Notes: generated by a model not told the origin, from the letters alone. Positions 7,752 through 18,238 are shown, counted from the stretch's first letter. The stretch is 64,000 nucleotides of DNA from Oligoflexales bacterium (GCA_947494335.1 CANLUT010000002.1:579904-643903); one strand, 5' to 3'. Numbers and translations: made by a program.

Positions 7752-9800
7752 ATGGATGATAATTTTTGTCAAAAGGGTAAATTCGGGAATAAATACTTGA
7801 ATTCTTCAACGTTTAAAAACTTCGTGATAGTGCTTTGGCTGGCTGCCGTCTTCGGTGTCGGGAGCCTCCTTATGTTTGAAGATAAGTTTTTTGCCTTGTC
7901 GGGGACTCCCATTGCAAAGGTCGGCAAGATGCAAAATCACGTGACATATCGCAGTGAGGAGGACACAAGATGGAAATTCATCGGCGATACAAACCAGTTT
8001 TTATTTGACGGAGATCGCTTGGCAACAGGCAGAAAATCTCAAGCCATGATTGATTTTGGTGATGGAAGAGTTGCTAACATTGGAGAAGATACAACGGTTA
8101 GCTTAAGTGCCATCAGACAACAAAATGGATTGACTTACATTCTTAGCATGCCATCGGGATCTGTTGGAATTGAGAAGAGCAAAACTGCAGGCGCAAGTGC
8201 AGCCCAGTTCCCAATTATAATCCGCTCGGGTGGACGAGATTTTTATATTGAACCTGAGGAAGAAAAAGGTGTTCTAAGAAGTGAAAAAGGCATTCAGGAG
8301 TTTAAAGGAAAGCGAACAAATTTTGTCAAAACCTCGGCATTGGCTCGGTCAAAAAGCCGAGTCAATGTGTCAGCTCCGACTAATGGCGCTGCACAGACTT
8401 CCACAAATTTGACTTCATCAGGCGCTGGGCCCGGTTTAGTAGGAAATCCTGTTGAAGATGGATTGAACGGGGATAATGGGGTCGTTGAGGCTCAAGCAGA
8501 TGATTTGGCTCAATTAGATGCGCCACCGATTGCGAGTTTGTCTCCCGTCCTATTGGAGAAAATTGCGACTGACCTTGCCATCACTATCCCAGATCCCGTG
8601 CCTGCGCCATCTGCGCTCGGATTAGCCGGGGCTGCGACTCCGGCTGTGCAAACCCCAATCTCTGAGAGTTCGTTGCTAGCAAATTCATCTAAAAAGATAA
8701 GTGACTTGACTTCAAAATCGACAAAAGAGTCGCAAAAGTCTGCTAATAGCAAGTCGGGTACTGCGCCAACGAAGGTTGCCTCAAGAATACCTGATGGTAC
8801 GTTTAACTTGGCTTCCAAATCCGGAGTCGGTCTTTCTGCCGTAAAGAAGGCTGCTCCGGTATCACCCCCACCGCCAGCTGTTGGTGGGACAGAAATTAAA
8901 CTTGACACGTCTGCTGCGACAGCAATTTATTACTCCTTTAAACCTCTATCACAGATTAAAGGACCACTTGGTGATCTTGGCTGGAAGCCACCTGCTTCAA
9001 CTCCTCCCGGATGGCAGCCTCTTTTAGAACTCAGCAATGGCTCCTCGAAAAGACAGATAACGGATGTGAAGGGTGGTCAAAGAAATCTCAGCGTTGAAGA
9101 ATTCGGAGCCTTGAGCGCAAACAGTGTGGTGGATGGCCTTGCGTGCGCAGACTTAGGCGTCCGCGGTGGATCTAGGATATCGGATGCTAGTGGCCAGAGG
9201 GTATCCATTGGAAAAGAGGAATTTAAAATTAAGGTTTGCTCTTATCGCGATGCTTTGAATAACGTCCCTCTAGCGGTTGGTGTATCTACGCTTGAGGGAG
9301 GATCCCCGATGCGTCCGATCGCCTTTCCGCGCCCAGCAGCAACTGACTTGAGATTTCAGATGATTACTAATTCTCCGACATCATATCTAACGCTATTGCC
9401 TTTGATGGAGAGGAGTCCGAACTTTCGTGTAGGTAAAGTCTCCGGATTCTCTCAGTCTGGAATCTTTATAGCTAAGGATGGCAAGATAATCATGCAACTT
9501 GCAGGATCTGGATTTACTGCCAAAGCCGCTGATGCAATGCTGAAGTTAACAGGAGGGGATTTTGTATATAAAGGACCCCGCTCAGCTCTTTATGACGCGA
9601 CATCCTACACGGCTGATCAACTAAAAGACTGGGTTTCTAAAAGTGTTGATGGCGGACGCAAAGTTTATGTCCATCGTTTGGGAAATCTTCTTCCGATTAG
9701 CAAAGATTTTCTTGAGGAGCGACGCGAAGTGGCGGTTTTTGTGAAAAATGTTGCTTCCCAGTTGTTCACCGAAAAAGTAGAGATCATTGCGTTTCGCTAG
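7752..9800 (+). CDS. Membrane-anchored protein with FecR-like domain and a long Pro/Ala/Ser-rich linker
   Basis: 682-aa ORF with an N-terminal TM (FVIVLWLAAVFGVGSLLMF). The FecR-like segment is LATGRKSQAMIDFGDGRVANIGEDTTVSL. Low-complexity P/A/S-rich region at about aa 200-380. The C-terminal domain is unrecognised. Confidence 0.55.
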   Translation: MDDNFCQKGKFGNKYLNSSTFKNFVIVLWLAAVFGVGSLLMFEDKFFALSGTPIAKVGKMQNHVTYRSEEDTRWKFIGDTNQFLFDGDRLATGRKSQAMIDFGDGRVANIGEDTTVSLSAIRQQNGLTYILSMPSGSVGIEKSKTAGASAAQFPIIIRSGGRDFYIEPEEEKGVLRSEKGIQEFKGKRTNFVKTSALARSKSRVNVSAPTNGAAQTSTNLTSSGAGPGLVGNPVEDGLNGDNGVVEAQADDLAQLDAPPIASLSPVLLEKIATDLAITIPDPVPAPSALGLAGAATPAVQTPISESSLLANSSKKISDLTSKSTKESQKSANSKSGTAPTKVASRIPDGTFNLASKSGVGLSAVKKAAPVSPPPPAVGGTEIKLDTSAATAIYYSFKPLSQIKGPLGDLGWKPPASTPPGWQPLLELSNGSSKRQITDVKGGQRNLSVEEFGALSANSVVDGLACADLGVRGGSRISDASGQRVSIGKEEFKIKVCSYRDALNNVPLAVGVSTLEGGSPMRPIAFPRPAATDLRFQMITNSPTSYLTLLPLMERSPNFRVGKVSGFSQSGIFIAKDGKIIMQLAGSGFTAKAADAMLKLTGGDFVYKGPRSALYDATSYTADQLKDWVSKSVDGGRKVYVHRLGNLLPISKDFLEERREVAVFVKNVASQLFTEKVEIIAFR

Positions 9801-10158
9801 CAGATTCGCTTAGCTTTTTTCGCCAGACTTCTTTTTTGTAAAACTTGCCTCTAAATTTTCTGTGATTCGGATTATTTACGAGAAATCCGCGTCCTCGTTC
9901 ATCGTCCACCCAGTCGATGGAACTTCCGGCGACGAATTCCATGCTGCGCTGATCACAAATCAAGCGAATATCACTTTCAATTTGATATACAACGTCTGTT
10001 GGGTCTTCGTGATCAAATGTAACCCCATAGTCGAAACCGTCACAACCTTTGCCGGCTAAATAGACACGGAGATGTTTGCCAAAATACTCTGGCTCATCAG
10101 CTACCAATTTGCGAGTTGCTTCGATAGCACTAGCTGTCAGAGTTAAAGAATTTGACAT
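9784..10158 (-). CDS. HesB/IscA-like (A-type carrier fold) protein lacking the C-terminal CGC motif
   Basis: LRVYLAGKGCDGFDYGVTFD...FLVNNPN matches the IscA/HesB pattern. Start set to ATG 10158 (MSNSLTLT...), with GGGAGA upstream. The 3' end overlaps the convergent gene by 17 nt. Confidence 0.65.
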   Translation of the reverse strand: MSNSLTLTASAIEATRKLVADEPEYFGKHLRVYLAGKGCDGFDYGVTFDHEDPTDVVYQIESDIRLICDQRSMEFVAGSSIDWVDDERGRGFLVNNPNHRKFRGKFYKKEVWRKKLSESASETQ

Positions 10159-10224
10159 GGCTAAAAATCTCCCTAACGCATCTTTGTGGAACACCGTATA
10201 CTAGATGGATAATCAGTTTGGATA

Positions 10225-11598
10225 TTGTTTTCAATGACCAGTATATTTTCTTATATATTTCAGCTTGTTGTGGTCAGCTTGGCGCTGGGTGGTAAAGCCT
10301 CTGCGGCCCCCGTCCTGGCTTTTGGGGACCTTCGGGGACACATGGAGCCATGTGGCTGTGATCCGCGAACCGATGTTGGCGGGTTGAAACGCATATCGGC
10401 GTCTTTGATTCGATACAGGTCTGAGCACCCTAACCTCATTGTGGTTCATTCAGGTAATTTATTCCCAAAAGTTATCAAAGATAAAACGGAAGCGGACGGG
10501 ATATCTCGCTCTTTGGAGCGTCTTAGTCCAGACGCATCATTAATCAACGAAATTGAGTGGGGTCTTCTCTCATCCGGCGAAAAATTGCCAAATGTGAAGT
10601 GGGTGCTCTCGAATATCAGCGATAATGCTAAGGTTGGTGATCTGAGCCAACTTATACGGCTGAATGGTGTAGAGATTTTTGGATACCTCGGGCGCGTTGA
10701 TAAGAATTTACGGCAGTTTGATACTGATCTTCTTAAGAAATGGAAAGCTCAATCAAAAATCACAAATATTGAAAGTCGAGTTCTGATTTTCTCGGGAAGT
10801 GGCGCAGAACTTGAAAAAATTGTGAAATCTAAATTTTTCGGAGTCATCATCAGCTCGAATCCCACTAAGCTCGGTATTGAAATGGGTGACCAAGAGCAAC
10901 GCGATGAAGAATCCCTTACGAGACGTTTCAAAAATAGGTTCCTCGCGTGGTCTGTTCCATATGGCGGCGGTGGATTTTTGCGACAAGGCGGTCTTGAATT
11001 GACGGCGCCACCAAAGACTCTGGCTTCTTCACTTGCTGCAACGGGTGAGAATAAAAGTGCTGCTAAGGCTAGTATAACGGCATTAACCAGCATCCAGCCA
11101 CTTCACTGGCTTAAATTGGGCGAAGAAAATGGCGCTCCGGAGGGTGTCACGAAGATTTTTGATGATGTTCGTGAGGCAAACAGAAGAAAATTTAGACTCT
11201 TAGCCGAGCAAAGGGTTAGGGATCTTCCGATGTCTGGTTTTATTGGTGCTGAGGCATGCGCTAATTGTCATGCCTCGTCCTATGATTCCTGGAAGAAATC
11301 CAAGCACTCCTCTGCTATGGCATCGCTACTGAAAAGAGAACGTCACGAAGATTCAGGGTGTGTTGAGTGTCACGTTGTCGGATTCACAGCCAAAGGTGGT
11401 TATGTGAATGAACAAAAGAGTCCAAACTTCTCTAATGTACAGTGTGAGAACTGTCATGGCCCCCGCAGGGAACATGCGTCAAATCCATCTGTATCCCCAA
11501 AGGTAGATGCACGCGCCAGCTGTGCAGAGTGTCATACTCCTCCACATTCGCCAGGATTTGAGATGAAAAGTTATTGGAAAATGATTGAGCACAAATAG
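10225..11598 (+). CDS. Secreted tetrahaem c-type cytochrome with N-terminal metallophosphoesterase-like domain
   Basis: Signal peptide, then FGDLRGHMEPCGCD (5'-nucleotidase/calcineurin-like start). Four CXXCH sites in the last roughly 110 aa: CANCH, CVECH, CENCH, CAECH. Confidence 0.75.
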   Translation: MFSMTSIFSYIFQLVVVSLALGGKASAAPVLAFGDLRGHMEPCGCDPRTDVGGLKRISASLIRYRSEHPNLIVVHSGNLFPKVIKDKTEADGISRSLERLSPDASLINEIEWGLLSSGEKLPNVKWVLSNISDNAKVGDLSQLIRLNGVEIFGYLGRVDKNLRQFDTDLLKKWKAQSKITNIESRVLIFSGSGAELEKIVKSKFFGVIISSNPTKLGIEMGDQEQRDEESLTRRFKNRFLAWSVPYGGGGFLRQGGLELTAPPKTLASSLAATGENKSAAKASITALTSIQPLHWLKLGEENGAPEGVTKIFDDVREANRRKFRLLAEQRVRDLPMSGFIGAEACANCHASSYDSWKKSKHSSAMASLLKRERHEDSGCVECHVVGFTAKGGYVNEQKSPNFSNVQCENCHGPRREHASNPSVSPKVDARASCAECHTPPHSPGFEMKSYWKMIEHK

Positions 11599-11600
11599 GT

Positions 11601-12581
11601 CTAAGTTGTTTTAAGAAGTGACCTGATCAAAGTTCTAGCTGCTCGGCCGCAATGTTCACCAGAGCGGTCGACCTCGTCTCGTGTTCTCTGTAAAGTTGAA
11701 TTGAATTTTGGGTGTGAATTAAGTAGGGACTCCAATTCGTTGCTAATTTCCTGTGACAGCCATTCACGTGTCTGCTGCTTTCGCTTGGTTTCGAAAAATC
11801 CAAGCTTCTTTCTTTGTTCAGCTAGATGATCCATGTGCTTCCAAGCCTCCTGAATTCCTTGGCATTTATGAGAGCTCACAAGTATCACGTCTGGGCGTGT
11901 TGAATCGTCAGTTCTAGTTAGAGAGACTGCACGCAAAAGATCATTGCGTGCAATTTCTGCAGCTGGCTTGGTTTCCCCATCGGCCTTGGTTACAACGATT
12001 AAATCAGCAAGTTCCATGACTCCCTTTTTTAGTCCTTGCAGCTCATCACCACTGAGGGGCTGATGAAGTTGGACAAACAGATCAGTCATGCTGGCTGCGA
12101 GAACCTCAGATTGACCGATGCCCACGGTTTCGATCAAGATAACCTCATAACCAGCAGCTTCACAAAGGAGGATGGTCTCCCGCGTGTGGCGTGCAACACC
12201 ACCTAATGCACCAGAAGATGGCGATGGTCGGATGAAGCAGAAATCAGATTTCGCAAGTTCCTCCATCCGTGTTTTATCACCAAGTATGCTCCCTCCCGTA
12301 ATGGGAGAAGATGGATCAATTGCCAAGACGGCAATTTTCTTTCCTGATTTGACGAGAAAAAGTCCTAGAGACTCAATAAAGCTACTTTTTCCTACTCCGG
12401 GTGGTCCGCTGATGGCTATGCGCAGGGAATTGCCGCAAGTAGGCAGTAACTTCGCCAATATTTCTTCGGCCTCCGCTCGGTGTTCAGGACGGGTGCTTTC
12501 GGTTAATGTTATTGCCCGTGCAAGCCAAAGTCGCGATCCAGACTGGATTTCCTGAATGTACTTCTCGGACGTGATCCTCAC
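11601..12581 (-). CDS. meaB: Methylmalonyl-CoA mutase-associated GTPase MeaB/ArgK
   Basis: Walker [10 protein letters not shown], plus [10 protein letters not shown] and VVTKAD. Overlaps the upstream mutase gene by 4 nt. Confidence 0.85.
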   Translation of the reverse strand: MRITSEKYIQEIQSGSRLWLARAITLTESTRPEHRAEAEEILAKLLPTCGNSLRIAISGPPGVGKSSFIESLGLFLVKSGKKIAVLAIDPSSPITGGSILGDKTRMEELAKSDFCFIRPSPSSGALGGVARHTRETILLCEAAGYEVILIETVGIGQSEVLAASMTDLFVQLHQPLSGDELQGLKKGVMELADLIVVTKADGETKPAAEIARNDLLRAVSLTRTDDSTRPDVILVSSHKCQGIQEAWKHMDHLAEQRKKLGFFETKRKQQTREWLSQEISNELESLLNSHPKFNSTLQRTRDEVDRSGEHCGRAARTLIRSLLKTT

Positions 12582-14728
12582 TTCAAGCCTTTCTCCAGAA
12601 AATCCAAAATGCTCTCAGCACACTGAGGTATGGGAGTCCCGGGGCCGAATATGGCAGCACATCCGGCTGTTTTGAGAAATTCATAGTCCTGAGTTGGAAT
12701 AATACCCCCGACAACAACCTTGATTCGCTCACCGCCGTTTTTTCGCAGCGCTCCGATTAATTCTGGAACTAGTGTCTTATGACCAGCCGCTTGGCTTGAG
12801 ATGCCCACTACGTGCACGTCATTTTCAATCGCTTCTTTTGCGGCCTCTTCCGGAGTTTGAAACATCGGCCCAATGTCGACGTCAAACCCAAGATCAGCAA
12901 GTCCGGTGGCGATGACTTTTGCCCCGCGGTCATGCCCGTCCTGTCCAAGCTTGCAGACGAGAATTCTGGGTCGACGGCCGGATTTTTGAGCGAATAATGC
13001 AGTGCGTTTGCGGATTTTTTCAATCACGTCTTGTCCCCCAAAAGCTGACGAGTAGACGGCGCTAATTGTTTGGATGGTTGCCTTATGGCGACCAAAGACT
13101 TCAGCAAGTGTTTCACTGATTTCACCGAGTGTTGCTCTAGCTTTAGCTGCGATCACTGATTGCTCAAGAAGGTTGCCGGTGCCTGATTGTGCCAAATCCC
13201 TCAACTGATCGAGAGCTCTGCGCACGGATTTTTCATCACGTGATTTGCGCACCTCTTCAAGGCGTTTGATCTGTGATTCCCTGACAGATGTATTATCAAC
13301 GTCTCGGACTTGCAGGTCGCCTTGACTTTGATGAGCCTGGTATTTATTGACGCCGATGATGACATCAGTTCCACTGTCGATTCGAGCCTGCTTTTTCGCA
13401 GCACTCTCTTCAATGCGAAGTTTTGGAATGCCTTTATTGATCGCTTGTACCATGCCCCCGCTGTCTTGCACTTCTTTCATCAATTCTTTTGCGCGGACTA
13501 CGAGATCGTGAGTGAGTCGCTCCATGAAAAAACTACCGCCAAACGGGTCAACTGTATGACAGATGTCAGTTTCTTCTTGAATGATCAATTGCGTGTTACG
13601 AGCGATTCGAGCTGAAAATTCTGACGGGAGTGCAATGGCTTCATCCAAAGCGTTGGTGTGCAGTGACTGTGTTCCTCCGAAGACGGCAGCCATAGCCTCA
13701 ATCGTTGTGCGGATGACGTTATTGTAAGGATCTTGCTCGGTCAGTGAATATCCGGATGTCTGACAGTGAGTTCGCAGCATCATGGACTGAGGGTTTTTTG
13801 GTTTGAATTGTTTCATGACATCGTGCCACAGAAATCTTGCCGCACGAAGTTTGGCGATTTCCATATAGAAATTCATTCCAATCGCAAAAAAGAACGATAG
13901 TCGTGGTGCGAAATCGTCGATATCAAGGCCTCTTGCCAAGGCAGTTTTTACGTATTCCATTCCGTCAGCGATTGTATAGGCAAGCTCAAGGGCGCTGTCT
14001 GCGCCTGCTTCTTGCATGTGATAACCACTGATACTAATGCTGTTAAACTTTGGCATGTGCCTTGATGTGTACTCGATAACATCCCCAACTATGCGCATAC
14101 TTGGTTCTGGTGGGTAGATGTACGTGTTTCGTACCATGTATTCTTTCAAGATATCGTTTTGAATGGTGCCAGACAGTTTTGAGGCCGAAACCCCTTGTTC
14201 CTCTGCTGCTACAATGTAGAAAGCCATGATCGGTAAAACAGCGCCGTTCATGGTCATGCTCACACTCATTTCATCAAGTGGGATTCCGTTAAAAAGAATT
14301 TTCATATCTTCAACGGAGTCAATGGCAACTCCCGCCTTTCCGACGTCGCCGCGAACACGGGGATGGTCGGAGTCGTAACCGCGATGCGTTGCTAGATCAA
14401 ACGCAACGCTAAGGCCCTTTTGACCAGCAGCGAGATTGCGTCGATAGAATGCGTTACTCTCCTCAGCAGTACTGAAACCAGCATATTGTCTGATAGTCCA
14501 GGGTCGATGTGTGTACATCGTGGCTCGCGGTCCGCGCGTAAACGGAGCAAGGCCCGGAAGAGTGTTTGTGAAATCTGACAGCTCTGTCAGATGCTCTTTG
14601 GAGTAGAGGGGGCTAATGGGAACGCCTTCAGGCGTTTCTTTGTTTAAGGAATCAACACTATCCACCCGAAGCTCTTTAGCGGCTAGTTTGGCCCAGGCAT
14701 CGAGGGGTTGTTTCTGTTCTTGGGTCAT
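12578..14728 (-). CDS. scpA: Methylmalonyl-CoA mutase, single-chain (catalytic plus B12-binding domains)
   Basis: [47 protein letters not shown], and a C-terminal B12 motif [13 protein letters not shown]. Confidence 0.9.
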   Translation of the reverse strand: MTQEQKQPLDAWAKLAAKELRVDSVDSLNKETPEGVPISPLYSKEHLTELSDFTNTLPGLAPFTRGPRATMYTHRPWTIRQYAGFSTAEESNAFYRRNLAAGQKGLSVAFDLATHRGYDSDHPRVRGDVGKAGVAIDSVEDMKILFNGIPLDEMSVSMTMNGAVLPIMAFYIVAAEEQGVSASKLSGTIQNDILKEYMVRNTYIYPPEPSMRIVGDVIEYTSRHMPKFNSISISGYHMQEAGADSALELAYTIADGMEYVKTALARGLDIDDFAPRLSFFFAIGMNFYMEIAKLRAARFLWHDVMKQFKPKNPQSMMLRTHCQTSGYSLTEQDPYNNVIRTTIEAMAAVFGGTQSLHTNALDEAIALPSEFSARIARNTQLIIQEETDICHTVDPFGGSFFMERLTHDLVVRAKELMKEVQDSGGMVQAINKGIPKLRIEESAAKKQARIDSGTDVIIGVNKYQAHQSQGDLQVRDVDNTSVRESQIKRLEEVRKSRDEKSVRRALDQLRDLAQSGTGNLLEQSVIAAKARATLGEISETLAEVFGRHKATIQTISAVYSSAFGGQDVIEKIRKRTALFAQKSGRRPRILVCKLGQDGHDRGAKVIATGLADLGFDVDIGPMFQTPEEAAKEAIENDVHVVGISSQAAGHKTLVPELIGALRKNGGERIKVVVGGIIPTQDYEFLKTAGCAAIFGPGTPIPQCAESILDFLEKGLK

Positions 14729-14748
14729 AAAATTAGAGTCTCCGCGGT

Positions 14749-14777
14749 TTGTGGTACAGCGCGTTACCGCTTATAAT
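14749..14777 (+). promoter_or_regulatory. Candidate sigma70-type promoter for cls
   Basis: TTGTGG (14749-14754), a 17-nt spacer, then a perfect TATAAT (14772-14777), about 85 nt upstream of the cls ATG. Pattern match only. Confidence 0.3.
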
Positions 14778-14861
14778 TTAACACATATAGAATTTCTTTA
14801 GTATTGCCAATGATTTAGGCGTCACCGACGCAAAAATGACGAGACCTCGCTGGGGCGCTTA

Positions 14862-16349
14862 ATGGATCTATTTGATCTGAAATTTCAAAGTAATTTAGCT
14901 GAGTTTAGTGACCTTGCAATACTAGGCCTAAGTTTTATCTTGGCCGCTCATATTCTGCTCAAAAAGCAGGAGCCAGTGGTTTGTTTGAGCTGGCTTCTAG
15001 GTGTTTCTACTTTTCCCCTTTTGACGGCTATTTGCTATGTCGGTTTTGGAATTAATCCTTTTGAGCAATATGCAGCCCGAAAGCGTGCGTCAAAACACCT
15101 GGCGGGACTTCGCCGGGTTAGATTGCCGCGCGAACAGATTATCCACAGCAATGATATGGCGCTAAGATCTCATGATTTTTCAGGATTTGATCGGACCGCC
15201 TTGTGGGTATCCATGCTGCATGGCTCAGCGATTCAAACAGGTAACGAGGCGGAGATTCTTGTCAACAGTACGAGTGCCTTTGGAGCTGCGAAGGCTGCGA
15301 TCGAGAGTGCAAAAGAATTTATTCTGATTCAGTTTTATCAGATTCAAGTCGACACAGTCGGTGTTCAGTTTTTGGATTTGCTTGCTGAAAAGTCGAAGGC
15401 GGGAGTCAAAGTTTATGTTTTGTTTGATGCCTTGGGGTCCCACCGCCTAAAGACCAGTTTGATTAGAAAGTATCGGGATAAAGGAATTGAAATCAATCGG
15501 TTCCTGGAGGTGCATCCCATTAAAAGACGGTTTCAGATTAACTGGCGTAACCACCGTAAGCTCATCGTTGTCGATGGGCGAATAGCCTTTACTGGCGGCT
15601 TCAACGTCGGCCAAATGTATCTGGAGGGCCCCGACCCGGAACGTCCAAAATGGTTTGACCTGATCTTTCGAGTTAGGGGGAGCGTGATTGGAGATTTGAT
15701 CGCAATTTTTGCGGAAGACTGGCATTTTACAACTGGAAAGACGATTCCCGCTGATTATCTTGAACGCCACCTTGAGAAGTCTCCTCCAAAGACTGACTCA
15801 AAGAATCTTTTGCAGATTATTCCAAGTGGACCGTCGGAAAATAATGCTCCCTTCTATTCGACCTTTATCGGAGTGCTTCATGAGGCTAGGCGACGCGTTT
15901 GGATTATGACGCCTTATTTTGTTCCCGATAAGGAGCTTCTTCATGCTATGCGGATGGCGGTCGCTAGGGGTGTCCACGTACGCGTTATTGTTCCAAAACA
16001 CTCAAATCATCCAATTACGGACTTATGTGCACATTCTTACTTTGGGGAGCTTCATCGGTATGGTGTTGACCTCCAGCGATATGTGCCAGGTGTTTGTCAT
16101 GGGAAGCTTTTGTTGGCTGACGATGATCTGATACTGGCAGGGTCGAGTAACTTGGATTATCGGAGTTTTTTCCTGAATTTCGAAACAGATCTGCTGATGA
16201 GAGATCGCGCTCTTGCGGCTCAGATAAGCGAGATTTTGGAGGGGGTCTCTAAACATTGCGTTCCCCTTAGTCCGGATGATGTCTCGCCTAAGCGTGTTGC
16301 ACGTTTGCTTTTTAGGCGAATTATGAGACTCTTTGCTCCGCTGATGTAA
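14862..16349 (+). CDS. cls: Cardiolipin synthase (PLD superfamily)
   Basis: Two N-terminal TM helices and two HKD motifs: HRKLIVVDG and HGKLLLADD. Confidence 0.85.
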   Translation: MDLFDLKFQSNLAEFSDLAILGLSFILAAHILLKKQEPVVCLSWLLGVSTFPLLTAICYVGFGINPFEQYAARKRASKHLAGLRRVRLPREQIIHSNDMALRSHDFSGFDRTALWVSMLHGSAIQTGNEAEILVNSTSAFGAAKAAIESAKEFILIQFYQIQVDTVGVQFLDLLAEKSKAGVKVYVLFDALGSHRLKTSLIRKYRDKGIEINRFLEVHPIKRRFQINWRNHRKLIVVDGRIAFTGGFNVGQMYLEGPDPERPKWFDLIFRVRGSVIGDLIAIFAEDWHFTTGKTIPADYLERHLEKSPPKTDSKNLLQIIPSGPSENNAPFYSTFIGVLHEARRRVWIMTPYFVPDKELLHAMRMAVARGVHVRVIVPKHSNHPITDLCAHSYFGELHRYGVDLQRYVPGVCHGKLLLADDDLILAGSSNLDYRSFFLNFETDLLMRDRALAAQISEILEGVSKHCVPLSPDDVSPKRVARLLFRRIMRLFAPLM

Positions 16350-16381
16350 TTGCCAAGAATAGCGGAGGGCTAAGCTACTTC

Positions 16382-17380
16382 ATGTTTTGCTACTGGCAAA
16401 AACAGATTGTTCTGTGGTTTGTCGTCACTTTTTTCCTTCCGATAGAGGGCGTCGCTCGTCCTAGCAAGGAAGAGAAAGCCCGTCGACGGTCGGCTTTTTG
16501 GGGCGTCTTTTCTGACACATATCGCGCATCAGGGTGCCTTGGATTTAAACCGGTGGACCTCGCTTGTGCAAAAGCAGCGCTGAATGATGCTTTGGTTCAT
16601 GCAGATGTTATTGAAATCTCAGTAACAGATAAGGATCTTGGTTTTTCAAAAAGACTGAAGTTAATTCAGGGAAAAGTTGATGCTGCAGATGTTCTGCAAG
16701 CTCAATCAGAGATCAAGGGGTTTTTGAGATCACTTTTTGTTGAGTTTGCCGAGGCATCAGCTCCCGTGGTGCAACCTGATAAAAATCTCGGACAGAAAGT
16801 GTACAAAGATTACTGTGCGAGCTGTCACGGTGACGAAATGAGTGGTCAAGGGAAACTAGCTGGGAAATTGAAGCGTATTCCGCCCTCACTTAACCGTAGC
16901 GATCGATCTGGCACTCAGTTTCCTTTTGGGATCTACGCAGTCATGATTCATGGTACAGATGATGGAGAAATGACATCCTTGTTGGATGTGTTGACAGTCG
17001 ATGAGCTTTGGTCTGTTGCATTCTATGTTGCTAGCTTTCGTTTTAATGATCTGAAGTCTTTCGGAGACTCAGCTGAGCGCGAGAAGCTATTAGCCCAAGG
17101 CGATACATTTGCTTTGTCAGCTTTAGCGATGGCTACAGATGAAGACCTTGAAGCAATTTTACAAGGTCGCGGGATTTGTACCGAGTGTCAAAGCGCGCTT
17201 TATTCATTGCGCTCTGAATTTCCTTGGCAAGTGTCTACCAGCCGGCTGGATCCAGACGTTAAAGCACCTCGGGATCAGAGCGAGTACCGGGCTTTAGTGA
17301 TTCTTTTAATTATGGTCATTTTAGTTTCTGCGGGGTTTATTTACATTCTCAAACGAACTGGTCGTGTCGACGATCGTTAG
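16382..17380 (+). CDS. Monohaem c-type cytochrome domain protein with C-terminal membrane anchor
   Basis: Signal peptide, a single CASCH haem site, and a C-terminal TM (ALVILLIMVILVSAGFIYIL). Confidence 0.6.
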   Translation: MFCYWQKQIVLWFVVTFFLPIEGVARPSKEEKARRRSAFWGVFSDTYRASGCLGFKPVDLACAKAALNDALVHADVIEISVTDKDLGFSKRLKLIQGKVDAADVLQAQSEIKGFLRSLFVEFAEASAPVVQPDKNLGQKVYKDYCASCHGDEMSGQGKLAGKLKRIPPSLNRSDRSGTQFPFGIYAVMIHGTDDGEMTSLLDVLTVDELWSVAFYVASFRFNDLKSFGDSAEREKLLAQGDTFALSALAMATDEDLEAILQGRGICTECQSALYSLRSEFPWQVSTSRLDPDVKAPRDQSEYRALVILLIMVILVSAGFIYILKRTGRVDDR

Positions 17381-17492
17381 CTTCACAAGAGAATGCTGAA
17401 ATTACAGCAATTTAACGTGTTCTGATTAATTCTCAATGACGCCGCTTGTGCGTTGTCTGGTTTGTTGCTAAATCTGTCGATCTAGCAACGAT

Positions 17493-17567
17493 GGTCCCGT
17501 GGTGAAATGGATCTCATGGCACCCTCCGAAGGTGTAGTTGCAGGTTCGATTCCTGCCGGGACCGCCA
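17493..17567 (+). tRNA. tRNA-Arg (anticodon CCG)
   Basis: Hand-folded cloverleaf. Acceptor GGTCCCG/CGGGACC, anticodon stem GCACC/GGTGT, loop CTCCGAA (anticodon CCG), T arm GCAGG-TTCGATT-CCTGC, and an encoded CCA. Confidence 0.85.
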
Positions 17568-17575
17568 TCCATGTG

Positions 17576-17618
17576 AAAAACGCCTCCGTCTCATGTTCCT
17601 GAGACGGAGGCGTTTTAT
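17576..17618. terminator. Bidirectional rho-independent terminator between tRNA-Arg and yceI
   Basis: A 14-bp perfect stem CGCCTCCGTCTCAT.../...GAGACGGAGGCG (17581-17612), flanked by an A-run on the 5' side and a T-run on the 3' side. Confidence 0.7.
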
Positions 17619-17629
17619 TGAGATTGCAA

Positions 17630-18238
17630 TTATTTGGCAGCAAAAATGGCGGATGCAAATTGGAGTTTGACCGTTAGGTTAACTTTATCTGAGATCATTT
17701 TGTCGCCTAGGTTTTTAAAAAACTTACCGGAGCCGTAGCGCACGTTCCATTTTGTACGATCGAACTCTAAGTCCGCGGTAGCTGTTTTGCCATCAATGCT
17801 TGGCTTTGCGATAAAGTTGATTGGATGGGTTTCACTTTTGAGAGTTAGATCTGCGGTCACTTTGTAAGAGCCGTCCTTTTGAAGGCTGGCTTTTTTAAAA
17901 GTAAGAGTTGATGTTGGAAATTTTGCAACATCAAAGAAGTCGTCTGATTTCAAATGTCCGACCAATTTTGCGTTATATTCTTTATCAGTCAAATCAAGAT
18001 TAATAATGGAAGCCATATCGACGACGACTTTGCCACCCGCGAGATTCTTACCATCCATCTGGACTTCGCCTTCTTTAATAGCGATGGTTCCATTGTGAGA
18101 ACTACCTGTGACTTTACTTCCCTTCCACTCGACCACACTAGCGGCACTATCGATCATAAAAGACTTTGCGGCAAATGATGGTGTACCCGAAAACGATATA
18201 ATGGCTGTTAAAGCTAAAAGCTTGATTGAACGGAACAT
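17630..18238 (-). CDS. yceI: YceI-family periplasmic polyisoprenoid-binding protein
   Basis: Signal peptide. IDSAASVVEWKGSKVTGSSHNGTI... and KDGSYKVTADLTLKSETHPI fit the YceI pattern. Confidence 0.85.
   Translation of the reverse strand: MFRSIKLLALTAIISFSGTPSFAAKSFMIDSAASVVEWKGSKVTGSSHNGTIAIKEGEVQMDGKNLAGGKVVVDMASIINLDLTDKEYNAKLVGHLKSDDFFDVAKFPTSTLTFKKASLQKDGSYKVTADLTLKSETHPINFIAKPSIDGKTATADLEFDRTKWNVRYGSGKFFKNLGDKMISDKVNLTVKLQFASAIFAAK

Noticed and set aside
8510-8908. 132-aa ORF antisense to the Pro/Ala/Ser-rich part of the 7752-9800 gene.
   Set aside because: This is a low-complexity mirror of the sense-strand repeat region, and nothing independent supports it.
12172-12555. 127-aa ORF antisense to meaB.
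   Set aside because: It lies inside a confidently identified GTPase gene, and its Pro/Ser/Arg-rich translation is typical of an antisense frame.
17464-17489. Inverted repeat GTTGCTA(12 nt)TAGCAAC just upstream of tRNA-Arg.
   Set aside because: The stem is short and AT-rich, with no T-tract. It could be chance or part of the tRNA promoter or processing context, and the evidence is insufficient.
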